Below are positions 42,301 through 54,748 of a stretch of 64,000 nt of DNA, piece by piece. Source of the stretch: Octopus vulgaris (lineage: Eukaryota); contig OX597823.1 of assembly GCA_951406725.2 (NCBI GenBank), positions 45,012,001 through 45,076,000 of the forward strand. Direction: 5' to 3'. The notes under the pieces were generated by a model. It did not search any database. It saw only the letters and a program-made list of their open reading frames with translations, and was not told the origin of the DNA. Positions within the stretch are counted from its first letter, which is position 1; each line of letters opens with the position of its first letter. A program made the translations under genes and the position numbers.

Positions 42301-44126
42301 TAACTATCTATGTAACCCACGAGAGACAAAATCATTTAGAGGTAGGACAGATTTCGTAAAGCTTATAAAAGTGGATAACCGATAACAACAATCAACGAGG
42401 CGAAATCTGAGAGTATTATTTAAGAAAGACAGGCGCTACAACATTAGCATCAACTCCCCCCCAACCATTCATTTGTTTCTTAGATAAGCGTGAAACCTAA
42501 AAAACATCTGATAAGTGGAAAGTCCTAATATTCATACTTTTTTTTTTTTCCCCTTAGAATGTTTCTTTTACTGTCTAGTTGTTTCGGCGTAGCTAAATAA
42601 TGTTTATAAGGCGTGGTGAGTAATGAGTGACAAAGAATAACTATGTATAAGAACTGCAAAAGATCGATTAACACGTAAACAGCCCATGTTAATGGCGTGA
42701 CTATCTCTCTTTCTTGATTTGTCTGTGTATGTGCGCGCATACATATATATATATACACACGCATATAGTCATATACAAACGTATATATATACTCATACAT
42801 TCACATAGACACATACATTATACATATTTATATGTGCATGTGTGTGACGGGAGAGAGAGAGAGAGAGAGTGATCAGTGAGTGACCTAATACACATTCAGC
42901 AATAGTTCTGCGAATTGTGTATGTACACACACACATATATATAGGTACATACAAGCACGGCAGTGTAAGTATGTGTATATGTGAAAAGCGAAAGAAGTGC
43001 GTGTTTTGTGTTTGCATTGCTGTTTACTTGGAAATTTCATGTGTGACAAGTGTAGACGTAAGCGAGAAGCGAGGCAATTAACGCAACTCTGACGAGATCG
43101 AGATCGTATAAAATAGCAATTAAAAATCCGATTAGACGGAGGACGTGTATGAAAATAAAAACCGAACAGGCAGTTAACTACGTAGAAGACGATGTATGGG
43201 GAGGATCAAAGTTATTAAATAATCTGTTTTTAGTTTCTATTCTTCTTGTAACAGGCAGGCGAAACAAACTCAGTACATCTATCAGATACAACTAAATATT
43301 CACATACGTTAGAATATACGGATCGAAATCATCACTTCAGCTTTCTTTATAATGTATTTGATAGGAAAATTAAGTCATTCGATAAAACATTGTAAAAAAA
43401 AAAAAGAGAGAGAGAGAGAAAAGTAAGATATAAAACTTGATTCGCACGCTCTGAAGCAATTACTAAACAGATATATCACATATATACACAACACACGACG
43501 TGTGCGCGCGCGCATATATACACACGCACACGTGTGTGTGTGTGTGTGCGCGTATATATATACACCCTCACACATATGTGTGTGTATGTATACACACATA
43601 TATGTTATTCGGCTATACAAATAACTAAGACTGTAGTATTTGTAAATTCATATATATAGCTTGCATGCGTGAGTGCATATTAACCTATATATATATATAT
43701 GTATGTATGTATACATGTATATATGTATACACACACACACACGTGTGTGTGTGTGTGTGTGTGTGAGCGCGCGTCTAGACACACAATCTGTATTTATAAA
43801 ATTACATATACCGCAGTCCTAGTTACGAATATATCCACATAACTGGTGTTTAGTAATCTACACACGAGAACAGAACATTAATCCGCGTGCATTTCAAAAA
43901 TGCGGAAAAAAAAGCAGACGATATAGCTTACGAAAAGATTTCCGTGTTCACATATTTTGTGTATATATATTTTCTACGTTTCTTTTACATATTTTCGCAC
44001 TAGCCCAGAATTTCGCTACATTTCTTTTCTTTTGCAAAATAGCACACACATACTCGTCCAAAAATGTGGCCAAGGATAAGCGATGTGATAAAAACAATAA
44101 TAAAAATAATAAATAGATCTACTCAC

Positions 44127-44161
44127 TCTCTGACGACAAAGAACGGGTCTTCGAGTGGCAT
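44127..44161 (-). CDS. STX6: Syntaxin-6 first coding exon (MPLEDPFFVVR + 2 nt of the next codon); remaining exons not found in window
   Basis: Reverse complement reads aaaa ATG CCA CTC GAA GAC CCG TTC TTT GTC GTC AGA GA|gtgagt. This matches the conserved syntaxin-6 N-terminus (human MSMEDPFFVVKG). It has A at -3, a canonical GTGAGT donor, and the 35-nt phase-2 first exon I recall for human STX6. Confidence 0.88.
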
Positions 44162-44480
44162 TTTTCATGTACATTAGCCGTTTTATGTAAATAATGTAAA
44201 GTAGGTAGTCCGTCAAATAAGTACTTATTATATATGTGTGCGACACACATAGATATATATGATAAATATGTGAAGAAGTTAAATGATCAAGCATTTGGTG
44301 TCACTCAGCAACTGCCGGGACTCCATTTTAGCTGGACTGACTGCTGCCGGAAGTTCAATTACAAAAACGTCATATGATTTATGACATCACATTGGAATTT
44401 CCGGCATTCGAGCAGAGGATTATTTCTATTTTTAGAATTTTGCTGGGGATTTTCCCTTCCCTACGAGCACTTACCTTTTT
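44162..44480 (-). promoter_or_regulatory. Putative STX6 5'UTR/core promoter
   Basis: CpG-retaining sequence directly upstream of the ATG. ETS/GABP site CCGGAAGT at 44347-44354; YY1-like AAAATGGAG (minus) at 44321-44329. TSS position is inferred, not observed. Confidence 0.55.
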
Positions 44481-44807
44481 TTCTTTTATTACCCTTTTCC
44501 TCCCTGTAATCCCTTCTTTATATTTGTAAAATAAAAGTAAGGCATATGACATAAAATTATGACTAAAACTGATTTTACCCATCTTTAAAAATAAAATGAA
44601 TTTTTTTTTTTTCCAATTGAAGATCAATGTTTTGGAATGTCTAAAAAGTTCTCAGAAAGGGAACTATAGATTCTCATCTGACGTGAGGTATAATTGAGGG
44701 AGTGTGTATACTTCTATTTTAATTATTTCTTTACTGATTTTCTTTATTTCCCTCTCGTTTTCTAGCTGCTTACTTTTGTGGAAAATTATGTTCTAATTCC
44801 ATTGCTC

Positions 44808-44990
44808 TCAAATTTCGGCACAGTGCCAGCCTTTTTGGAGAGAGAGAGAATGAGTCAACTGCATTAACCTCAGTATTCAACTGGTACTTATTTTATCGAC
44901 ACCAAAAGGATAAAAGCAACATAAAATCAGAAAGAATGTTGCTAAACATTTGTCCTGGCACCATAACAATACTGCTAGCTCACTGCCTGC
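44808..44990 (-). mobile_element. SINE family B, internally deleted
   Basis: caactggtacttattttatcgac..aaaaggataaaagc...ctagctcactgcct. Confidence 0.7.
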
Positions 44991-45477
44991 TTCCTTTATC
45001 TCACTCACTCACTCACCTACTCTCTTTATCTTACATTCTAACCTACCCTCCTTTCTTTTTCAACTGAAGTATTCCTGTATTTACTCTGCAGCAGGACACC
45101 TACCCCTGTCCATCTATATCTCTAATCGCTCATCAACTGGCACAAAGCCACCATCCCATCTTTACTATTTCCTCTTCCCAACTGAGGGGGATTTTGTCTT
45201 GCAAGTTACATGAAACCCTGTTGGTGCTGGTGGCGTGTGAAAAGCACTGATGCTGGTACCACATAAAAGCACCAGTACTGATGGCATGTAAAAAGCACTG
45301 GCAATGGTATCATGTATAAAGAACCCTGTATGCTCTGCAAAATGGTTGGCATTAGGGAGGGCATCCAGCCATAGAAGCCATGCCAAACAGACAATGGAGC
45401 CTCGTGCAAGCCCCCAACCTTACCAGCTCTTGTCAAACTGCCCAACCCATGCCAACATGGAAAATGAACATTAAATA

Positions 45478-45965
45478 ATGCCCTTCATAATGCTGACCAC
45501 TTTACAAAATGCACAGGGTGATTTTACACAGCACCAGTATGGGCACTTTTTATGTGGTACCAGCACTTACGAGCCTGCAAGATTAGGGAAGCTCAGCTGG
45601 AGTGGGCTGCAAGGGACGTGCCTGTATGCATGGGCAACAACACTTTTACTTAACTTGATGTGTCTCTTCAAGCACAGCAAACCATAAGGAGTTTCAGTTC
45701 TATGTCATCCCCTCTGTGAGTCCCAACATTTGTAGATCCTTTCTCACCACTTTGTTCTACATCTTCTTGGGTCTTCCCCTTCCACATGCTACCTCTTCAA
45801 TTAGAAATTGGCACCTCTTAATGCAACAGTCCTCATTCATATGCATTACATGGACATACCAGTGCAGTCTTTTCTCTTGCACACTACATCTGATGCTACA
45901 CATAACCAGTTTTTGTCTCAAATCACTTACACTCTGTCATATATGCACAATGACATTTTCATCTA
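45478..45965 (-). mobile_element. RTE LINE 3' end
   Basis: SIRCSVQEKRLHWYVHVMHMNEDCCIKRC..GRGRPKK..VVRKDL..LGL. Confidence 0.8.
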
Positions 45966-45999
45966 AAAGGCAGCTACTGTACACAGTTTCATTTCTCTG

Positions 46000-46610
46000 T
46001 TGCAGACCTTTATACTCTGATTTGTTGTTTGCATGTAACTGAAGTTCTGACAGGGACAATCCACCAGTATTCTTTGACATTGTATGTATTTATGTCTGCC
46101 ATATCACTGTAATTTCTTATATTTGTTATCTCAGAATCAACGTGTCAACAGATTTCCTTGTATGAAGATTTAGCTACATGACTGTATCACATAGATAGGT
46201 AATATCATGATATCTTTTGGTGGCAGGAATGCTGGGACCGGTGTATTGCTGCACAAAGTGACTATTTTGAAGGAGATGATGTTAAGACTTAGGCTAAATA
46301 AGTTACTTTTTGTTAAACATAACTAGACCAAAATGTTTTTAATACCACCTTGAAAACAAACATTTTTTCACATCTGTACACAAGTATATGCACTTATTAC
46401 ATGCTGAATTTTTTATAACTGCTTTTACACTGAGTATGAGTCACTTGTTGCATCTACATGGATTACCTGCATCTCTACCCCTTTTGTGCATCAGGTATTT
46501 TGCTGTTATTTTCTGCTGCTTCTTGATTGCAAAACATATCCATGAAGGTCAGAGATTAATATTTTGGAGGCTTGTCCAGGATAGAGTAGTCTGGTTATCA
46601 ATACTATGTA
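46000..46610 (-). mobile_element. Second, more decayed R4/Dong-like fragment
   Basis: cctgcatctctaccccttttgtgcatcaggtattt matches 47974-48008. Confidence 0.7.
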
Positions 46611-46943
46611 TCATCATCGTTGTTTAATGTCTGCTTTCCATACTAGCATGGGTTGAACAGTTTGACTGTGGGCTGGCGAACCAGATGGCTGCACCAGGCT
46701 CCAGTCTTGATCTGGCAGAGTTTCTACAGCTAGATGCCCTTCCTAACGCCAACAACTCCGAGAGTGTAGTGGGTGCTTTTACATGCCACAGGCACAGGGG
46801 CCAGTCAGGCAGTACTGGCAACGACCTCGCTCGAATTTTTTATACATGCCAACGGCACAGGTGCCAGTAAGGTGACGCTGGTAACAATCCCGCTCGAATG
46901 GTGACTCCTACATGCCACCGGCACGGAAGCCAGTTAGCCACTC
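46610..46943 (-). mobile_element. RTE-tail repeat, young copy
   Basis: catcatcgttgtttaatgtctgctttccatactagcatgggtt..gatgcccttcctaacgccaac; related copies near 45200-45478(+), 31745-32210(-), 39050-39250(-), 50640-50692(-), 51140-51330(-). Confidence 0.82.
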
Positions 46944-46944
46944 T

Positions 46945-47085
46945 GTATGTATGTATGTATGTATGTATGTATGTATGTATGTATGTATGTATGTATGTAT
47001 GCATGCATGCATGCATGTATGTATGTATGTATGTATGTATGTATGTATGTATGTATGTATGTATGTATGTATGCATGCATGTATG
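46945..47085. repeat. (TATG)n/(CATG)n microsatellite
   Basis: Direct reading; a second (TATG)n run at about 47194-47256. Confidence 0.95.
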
Positions 47086-47099
47086 TCATTATTCAGTTT

Positions 47100-48680
47100 C
47101 TTGTCAATAGAGAAAGAACCAGTTTCTAACCAAGATCCAAGGTTCTTTCATTGAAATTTCAACATCAACAACAGGGTATTCTTGTTTGTATCCATGTATG
47201 TATGTATGTATGTATGTATGTATGTATGTATGTATGTATGTATGTATGTATGTATGTGCAAATTTGCATGTTTTTGTATGTATGTTTTGTATGTTTTGTT
47301 TTATGTATGTATTCTCATGCATATAGTTGCATAACTAGACATGCTCATATATATTTAAATGATAAACTTCAGGAAAGTTTTACAGATTTTTACAGTTCCT
47401 GTGATGGATTAGATCTGCAGACTTCAAATTAGCTTTCTCCTCTCTGGTTTTGAGAAGCCTAATTTCTCAAGATTGGTATTTAGGCAGTGTGTTACATATC
47501 CCAAGACCCCAATGATTACAGGTATAAACCTGGACTTGTAATCTTCATAGAGTAACTGCAGATTTCTCAATAGTTCAACATAAGTGTTCTCTTTTTCACT
47601 GATCTTCAGCTTTATGTTAACATCTGCTGGGTAGCTAATTTCCACAACTGTGCACAGTTTCTCTTCTTCATCCCAAATCATTATATCAGGTCTGCTGTGC
47701 TTACATTTTATTGATGTCTTCACTGGGACATTCAACCAGTACTCCTTTTTGTCATGAGTAGCTATGGCTAATACCATACTGTTAGTTCTTATTTCTTTGT
47801 CCTGGGGGTTATCCTTATGACGGATTTCATTATAGAGTGTCCTAGCTACAACATCATGTCTCATCGGTAGATAATACTGTGATGATAATTTCAGACAACT
47901 GCTTATGATGTGGGTGATATCTTCGGTGTCAACTTCACAAAGTCTGCATCAGTTGTCACATTTTACTGCTTTTCCTGCATCTCTATCCCTTTTGTGCATC
48001 AGGTATTTAGTTGATATTTCCTGTTCCTGGATTACAAACTCATACCCTTCAAAGTGGGAGGTAGTTATCCAGCTATTGGTCCATGATAGACTACTTTGAT
48101 GATCAATATTACTATCATCTTGGAGCTTTCTACTAACATATCCATGATACTTTGAGGTAGAGTTGTGCAACTTCTTTGGGCATGTATTCTATGTTATAAG
48201 ATAAAGAATGTTGTTCAAGGAGCTGCCTTCTAAGTCATATGATGTTATCAGCCTCATTTATGCAAACTTGGTCAAGGGATGCATTTTGACACTTGGTGGT
48301 TAAAAGATGTTGCCAAAGGGATATGAGTTGACAGTCAAAAGCATTTTGGATCAATGTTAAGCCTCTGCTGCCTTGTTTTCATTGTAGGTTGAGGTGGTCT
48401 ATGTCACTGTTTATGTGGAAATTATGTGTGCTTGTTAGTATTTTTGGGATTTTCCCATCAGATCTCATCCAGTATTCAATCAAGCAGCCCAAATGTTGGT
48501 ATGAATACGGTCACTGCAAACACTTTTGGGGCCACTGCTTTATTAAATGTAGAGAGTTCTGAGGTCCAAATTTTCTTATATTCAGTTGCAGTATTCTTTA
48601 GTGACAGGTGTTTTGTTACAGGTGCCAGTGAAGGTAATCTCTTCATTCACCCCTAGATACTTGTAACATTCCTCATCAGG
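47100..48680 (-). mobile_element. R4/Dong-like non-LTR retrotransposon remnant (RT end, CCHC knuckle, REL endonuclease, 3'UTR)
   Basis: EECYKYLG near 48650; CRLC..EDITHIISSC then ORF 47424-47864 with RHD, RPDI, VVEIS.P, K..Y and PVIIG.LG, typical of restriction-enzyme-like endonucleases; stops and frameshifts. Confidence 0.88.
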
Positions 48681-49113
48681 TATAGGAGATGTATGTATGT
48701 ATATGACGTGTGCGTGAGTGTATGTATGTATAAACATACACACACACATACACGCATATACATGCATGTGCACACACACACTCACACACACACACACACA
48801 CATTCTCTCTCTCTCTCTCTCTCATGCAGATATGCACACAGATATAAGTGTATATAATTCTGAGTAAGGCCACTCTGCCAGCTGACTGAATTCAATAAAA
48901 GAGAATATATATAATTGAAAAAAACCTACTTAGCTTACTCTCTGAAAACATTGTAATACTATTTTGTTATAATTAGCTTCTTATAATAAAACATTATAAG
49001 AGCTAATTCAGAAGCCAGAACAAAAACCACTGCTACATTTTTGTCATTTGCATATACACATTGAGTATGTTATACAAATGGCAATTTTAACTTAATGCTG
49101 TTTCAATTGCGTA

Positions 49114-49665
49114 TGAGGTCTGATTAAAAAGTATTAGGACTGTTGCTATGATCATATCTATAAAGTATGCTGAGTGAAGCTACATGGCACAGATTGATCT
49201 TGCACTCTGTCATACATACGCACTAAGTTATAACATTTTCACTCATTTCTGTTGTGCTTGGAAGTAGAGTGTGTAGAGTGTGGTTGTCTCAAAATGAAGA
49301 TCAGGTTTCAGCTGCACAGGATCTCCTTGATTGTGTCAAAGAATATGAAGACATTATAAAAACAGCCATAAGAAGTGACTGATCATAGATCTATGGCTAT
49401 GATTCCAAAATCAAGGCTCAGTCATCCAGTGGAAGACACTACCAAGATTTCACGATGTTGAGGAGATCCAAGAGAATGTGACAAAGCAGCTGCTTGATAT
49501 CCCCCAAAAAAGGAGTTTTGGGAATGCTTCCATCAATGGAAACAATGCAGGATAACATGTGGCTTCAGAAGGAGACTACTTTGAAGGAGATTAAATGCTG
49601 AGTTAATATGTGTCGTAAGTTTTCATTTTATAACACGTTCCCAAATTTTTGTTGACCAGACCTTG
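49114..49665 (+). mobile_element. Internally deleted mariner
   Basis: Ends TA|TGAGGTCTG..AAAAAGT and ..CAGACCTTG; remnants IYGYDSKIKAQSS.WK and RFHDVEEIQENVTKQL..ECFHQWK..ASEGDYFEGD*. Confidence 0.85.
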
Positions 49666-49875
49666 CAGACCAAGTTTATTTCAGAATAGTAGATTTCCTG
49701 CTTTATCAGTGAATGTATTATTCACTGTTTGCTTTGTAGCAAAGGAGACAAATTCTGTGACAACCAGGTGCATGTCAATTAATAAGGCCCCAGAAGGGTG
49801 AAATGTGTCAAATGTTCCTGTTAGTCATTTTGGAATGATATTTGCCTCACTCAGATATATATGTCATATTTTTAA

Positions 49876-50096
49876 CCCTTTCGTTACCAACCTGGCTGAA
49901 ACCGACTCTGACTCTGTAGTACAAATGTCTTGTTTTCATAAGTTTTGAATTAAAATCTTCCGCCAAAGCTTAGTCATAATTAATGTTCCTAACACTAGCT
50001 TTATGATATCTGAGTTATTTTACTAAATTCTTTGTTATATTTAAAATAATTGAGAGAAACACAGAGCATTTCAAAATAAATACAGTAATGAAAGGG
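49876..50096. mobile_element. piggyBac-type MITE, family 1 (second copy)
   Basis: Same 221-bp length and sequence as 7240-7460; TTAA TSDs at 49872-49875 and 50097-50100. Confidence 0.92.
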
Positions 50097-50244
50097 TTAA
50101 CATAAGTTATCTATAAAGAGATGTTCTCTTGTACAAAAACCACATCGTCATACCTTTTAGTTGTGTATGTTATGTTATGTATGGTATACAAATTGCTATG
50201 TGTGTGTGCATGCGTGTGTGTGTGTGTGTGTGTGTGCATGTGTC

Positions 50245-50560
50245 AAAGTGTGTAGCTTACTGATAGGGTAGTTGGCTCGTGATTGTAAGGTCATGAGTTC
50301 GATTCATGGTGACACATTGTGTCCTTGAACAAGTCATTTTATTTCACATTACACAAGTCCACTTAGCTGGAAAAATTAGTTGTACCTGTAATTATAAAGG
50401 GCCAGCCTTGTCACATTCTGTGTCACACTGAACCACTCAGAGATGTACATTAAGAGTACTTGTGTTTGTGGAGTGTTCAGCCACTTGCATGTTATTTTCA
50501 TGAGCAGGGTCTTCTGTTGAAGTGAAGCACTCGTCATTGTAACTGATGGAGTACCAGTTC
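50245..50560 (+). mobile_element. tRNA-derived SINE with CORE-like segment
   Basis: B box GAGTTCGATTC then tgtgtccttgaacaagtcattttatttcac; inverted remnants of its body (aaggctggcccttt) near 50848 and 58316. CORE assignment is from memory. Confidence 0.65.
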
Positions 50561-50929
50561 TTTTTTTATGAATGTATGTATGTATGTGTGTATGTATGTA
50601 TGTATACAGACATATGTACATACATGCAAACATATATGTATCATCATCATCATCGTCGTTTAACGTCCGCTTTCCATGCTAGCATGGGTTGGTATGTGTA
50701 TGTGTGTGTGTGTGTATATATCATCATCATCGTCACTTTATGTCTCCTTTTCAAACTAGCATTGGTTGGATGGATGATCACAATCCAGGTTATTTCTTGC
50801 TGGGAGCTGCTGCTCTCATAGTCTGCTTCATAACACAGAATGTGACAAGGCTGGCCCTTTGAGTTACAGGTGTAACATTCATACATACATAAACTCAGTG
50901 TACACAGCTGAAACAACATTAAATTAAAG

Positions 50930-51010
50930 TTGTCATCTGTCATTGTCATCGTCATCACCACCACCACCACCACCACCACCACTACAACCATCACCATCAT
51001 CACCATCATT

Positions 51011-51065
<55 letters not shown>

Positions 51066-51142
51066 CCATCATTGTCATTGTCATCGTTGTTGTCGTCATT
51101 GTCATTGTTATTAATGTTTGTGGTCATTGTCATTGTCATCAT
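50930..51142. repeat. (CAT)n/(CAC)n compound microsatellite
   Basis: Direct reading; source of the poly-M/D/S/I ORFs. Confidence 0.95.
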
Positions 51143-51379
51143 GTTCACTTCCTATGTTGGCTTGGATGATTCAAAAGGATCCAGCAAGCTGCAAAAACCT
51201 CATTGTGTTCCATTGTCAGCTTTGACATGGTATCTATGGCTCAATGGTCTCTCTTATGACAACCACTTTACAGACTGTACAGAGTGCTTTTCACATGCCA
51301 CTGGCACTGGTGAAGTTGCCATGTAAACTTTCAAGTCAGATAAAGGACAAGGAAAACGAAATATCTCAAAGAGGAGTAT

Positions 51380-52159
51380 TTATACATGTAATGTGTATGG
51401 ATGAGGACAGTTGTGTAAAGAAGTGCTGATCTTTAACTGTGGAGGTGACCTGTAGTAGAAGTAGACTCAGGAAGACATGGGATGAGGTGGTGACCTTCGA
51501 ACTTTGAACCTCACTGAGACCTTTGGCAATGTGCTCTACTTAAGAAAATCCGTCAAGCCAAGTGTGCCTGTGCTGGTAGGGCATAAATAAAAAATCAACC
51601 TTTTAACGTCGGGCCTCATGGAGGCAAAGTGGCTGAGTATCTTTCAAGCATTTGGCCTGACGAGGGCAAAGTGACTGAGTTCCTTTTCAGCACTGGGCCT
51701 CATGGAAGCAAAGTGGCTGAGTTCCTTTCAAGTAGGCCTCATGAAGGTGAGGTGTCTGAGTTCCTTTTGAGTATTGATCCTCATGGCGGCAAAGTAGCTA
51801 AGCTCCTGGGCCACATGGAGGCAAAGTGGTTGAGTTCCTTTCAAGTGTTGGGCCTCATGGAAGTAATGGCCAAGACTTTTGGCATTATGTCATGCTTGTG
51901 AAGAAGCATCATCAGTCCAAACAAAATGGCAGTCATTACAGATACCAATATCACGCAAAAGGCACCCATGCCAGTGGCACATAAAAGCACCCATTATACT
52001 TTCAAAGTGGTTGGCATTAGGAAAGGCATCCAATCATAGAAAACCATGCCAAATCAGACTGGATCCTGGCGCAGCTTTCCAGTGTGCCAGCCTAGTCAAA
52101 CATTCCAACTCATTCCAGCATGGACAACAAACATTAAATGATGATGACGATGATGGTGA

Positions 52160-52160
<1 letters not shown>
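51380..52160 (+). mobile_element. RTE LINE 3' end with minisatellite in 3'UTR and (GAT)n tail
   Basis: HVMCMDEDSCVKKC..RKTWDEVV, then gtggttggcattaggaaaggcatcc..ccagcatggacaacaaacattaaatgatgatg. Confidence 0.8.
51611..51869 (+). repeat. About 42-bp minisatellite, roughly 6.5 units
   Basis: Repeats of gggcctcatggaggcaaagtggctgagttcctttcaagcatt. Confidence 0.88.
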
Positions 52161-52161
<1 letters not shown>

Positions 52162-52210
<49 letters not shown>

Positions 52211-52212
52211 CT

Positions 52213-52265
<53 letters not shown>

Positions 52266-52339
52266 ATATACATATATATACATATATATATGTATATATA
52301 TATATACATACATACATATATATACATATATATATATAT

Positions 52340-52389
<50 letters not shown>

Positions 52390-52447
52390 CATACATACAT
52401 ACATACATATATATATATACATATATGTGTGTGTGTATATGTATGCA
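52162..52447. repeat. (TA)n-rich compound microsatellite (similar tracts at 4735-4782, 8753-8828, 21317-21557, 30291-30367, 53814-53950, 56882-56954)
   Basis: Direct reading. Confidence 0.95.
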
Positions 52448-53469
52448 TAGTATAAATTGATGTGGGCAGCTGGGCGCAGTATAAACTGTATTGGAAAAAT
52501 TTAGTCGTCACTAATTGTGTCTGTATGTGCTACATGCTTATATATTATATATATCATGTGGATATGCATGTGTATGTGTATGTGTGTGTGTGTGTGCGTG
52601 TTTGAGTCCAATTTTACATGGCAAAATACTAAACATCAGATACCCCACATTCATCGTGTCGATCTCTTCTTTGATTATTAAGTGTAACTAAAAGAGAAAG
52701 AAATATTTAGATGAAGAGGATTTGAAAAGCTGTAGCGTTTGTATTCTTTCGAAGAAGACTAACAACTGAAGAGATACTACATAGTAATATGTATCTGAGG
52801 TACTTCACAGTTGTCTGAGCCAACTCAATAGAATATTTGATCCATTACTACAGCATATTTAACACATGGACACATGCAAGAGGCTGTGCTGTTATCATTC
52901 TTCTGCCTTGTTAACTTTTCCAAACAAAGCATCTTTAATGTGCACTAGCATATAAATATTCATACACACGTAAAGACAAAAAAGCACTAATGTTTGTACA
53001 CTTGGAAAGACAAAAATACATGCACATATATAAATTCTTATACACATAAGAACAGTTGCATATACACAGACAAACACACAAACATCCATAGACACCATAA
53101 ACATATAGTGTAAATATATGTACAGGCATACGATGATTGGTACATACTTAAAGTGAAACATATACATACGCGTTCATATATACATAAAGAGAACTAAAAC
53201 ATGGATGCTGACATTCATATACACAAAAACACAAATACATACACACAGATAATCCTTTAGATATTAACTCATATAAACACATTAGCATTCATATGTATAC
53301 ATATGTATACACACATCTACATACATTTATATACAAATAGACACACCAAAACATAAACTTTCATACACATGTAAAATCCAATGCATACAGATTCATAGTC
53401 ATTCATGTATATACACACACACACACACACACATCATGCACACACACACACACATACAAAACACATGCA

Positions 53470-53505
<36 letters not shown>

Positions 53506-53812
53506 TAATTTAGCAGAAGGTAACAGAGTAACTCTCAAGGTCTGAAAGTTTCGTGTATTGATGCATTTGTCATTATGTATACAACATCATCGTCATCATA
53601 ATCATCATCATCATCATATGCTAAACAATGATGACGATGTAACCATAATGATAAATGCATACACATACATATGCTTATAAGCCAACTCTCATAACCGTAT
53701 AAAGACACACACATAAAAATTTCAGATGAACTCATAATGGACAAGCTGTTTGATCTAAAATCCTTTCCAAATGGACCATGCTACCACACTTTAATTTTGA
53801 CTAAATGCATAG

Positions 53813-53884
<72 letters not shown>

Positions 53885-53902
53885 TACACACACACAAACA
53901 CA

Positions 53903-53945
<43 letters not shown>

Positions 53946-54516
53946 ACACAGAGTTAGTCGTTCATTTATACTGAGGATTTGGCCACTACTCGAATTTTAC
54001 ACTCTGTTGTCTTTCAGATGACTAATTCACATATTCAGATGATTGCATTCTTTTATGTGCTACCAATCTCATTGGTTGATCTGTTTTCATTCATCTACCC
54101 ATTTGCGTAGTTGGTTGTGTCTCTGTTGAACAGCTTCCTGTTGTTTATTGCTATCTTTTTGTCATCCTGCTAATTTTTCAATATGTATCATGATACAATT
54201 TCACTTCTCTTGTTTAATATGCATATTTTTCATATAACAATATTGTGTTTTTCCACAATGCATAGTGGGCACTTCTCAGAACCTTTTACATTGGTTGTGA
54301 AACTATCTGTTTTTGTCCAGCTTATACTTATGTTTATTGTTTTCCCATTAAATTCCAAATATGTCAAACAAGTGTCCTCCATTTCTTCAACGTATTATGT
54401 ATGTATGTTTGTATGTATATATATGTATGTATATATGTATATATATATGTATATATGTATGTATATATGTATATATATGTACGTATATATGCATATATAT
54501 ATATATATATATATAT

Positions 54517-54748
54517 GGGAGAGTTCACGGAAAAACAAAAGACGAAGACAGTGAGTGTATAAAACTATCAGATGTATTAGTATAACGCTCAGGGATTGAA
54601 AAAGTCTTTTACATTTCGAGCCTACGCTCTTCTACAGAAAGAGACACAGAAAAAAACAAGGAGAGAAAAAAAAGCAGGTAAAAAAGGAGAGAAAAAAACC
54701 AAGAGAGAAACAAGGAGAGAAAAAATGTGTGTAGTGGTTACTAATCTA
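54517..54748 (-). mobile_element. Short Penelope-like repeat with variant hammerhead motif (second copy)
   Basis: Homologous to 28556-28737; abuts (TA)n; motif at 54605-54642; internal tandem expansion of aaacaaggagagaaaa. Confidence 0.7.

Larger units (their letters stand above)
41300..44480. promoter_or_regulatory. CpG-enriched (probably unmethylated) domain over promoter and proximal intron 1
   Basis: By eye, CG dinucleotides are frequent here (e.g. 41570-41650, 43060-43200, 43850-44160) and scarce in most non-repeat sequence of 1-40 kb. Not quantified. Confidence 0.55.

Noticed and set aside
44016-44294. 92-aa ORF over the STX6 start
   Set aside because: Wrong frame; the conserved peptide is in another frame and ends at a splice donor.
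51611-51869. CRISPR-like periodicity
   Set aside because: Contiguous degenerate units with no unique spacers, eukaryotic context and no cas genes.
50650-52511. Long ORFs rich in YI/CV/HT/M/D/S (also 13921-14304, 21238-21637, 28051-28397, 46840-47432)
   Set aside because: Translations of microsatellites and SINEs; not genes.
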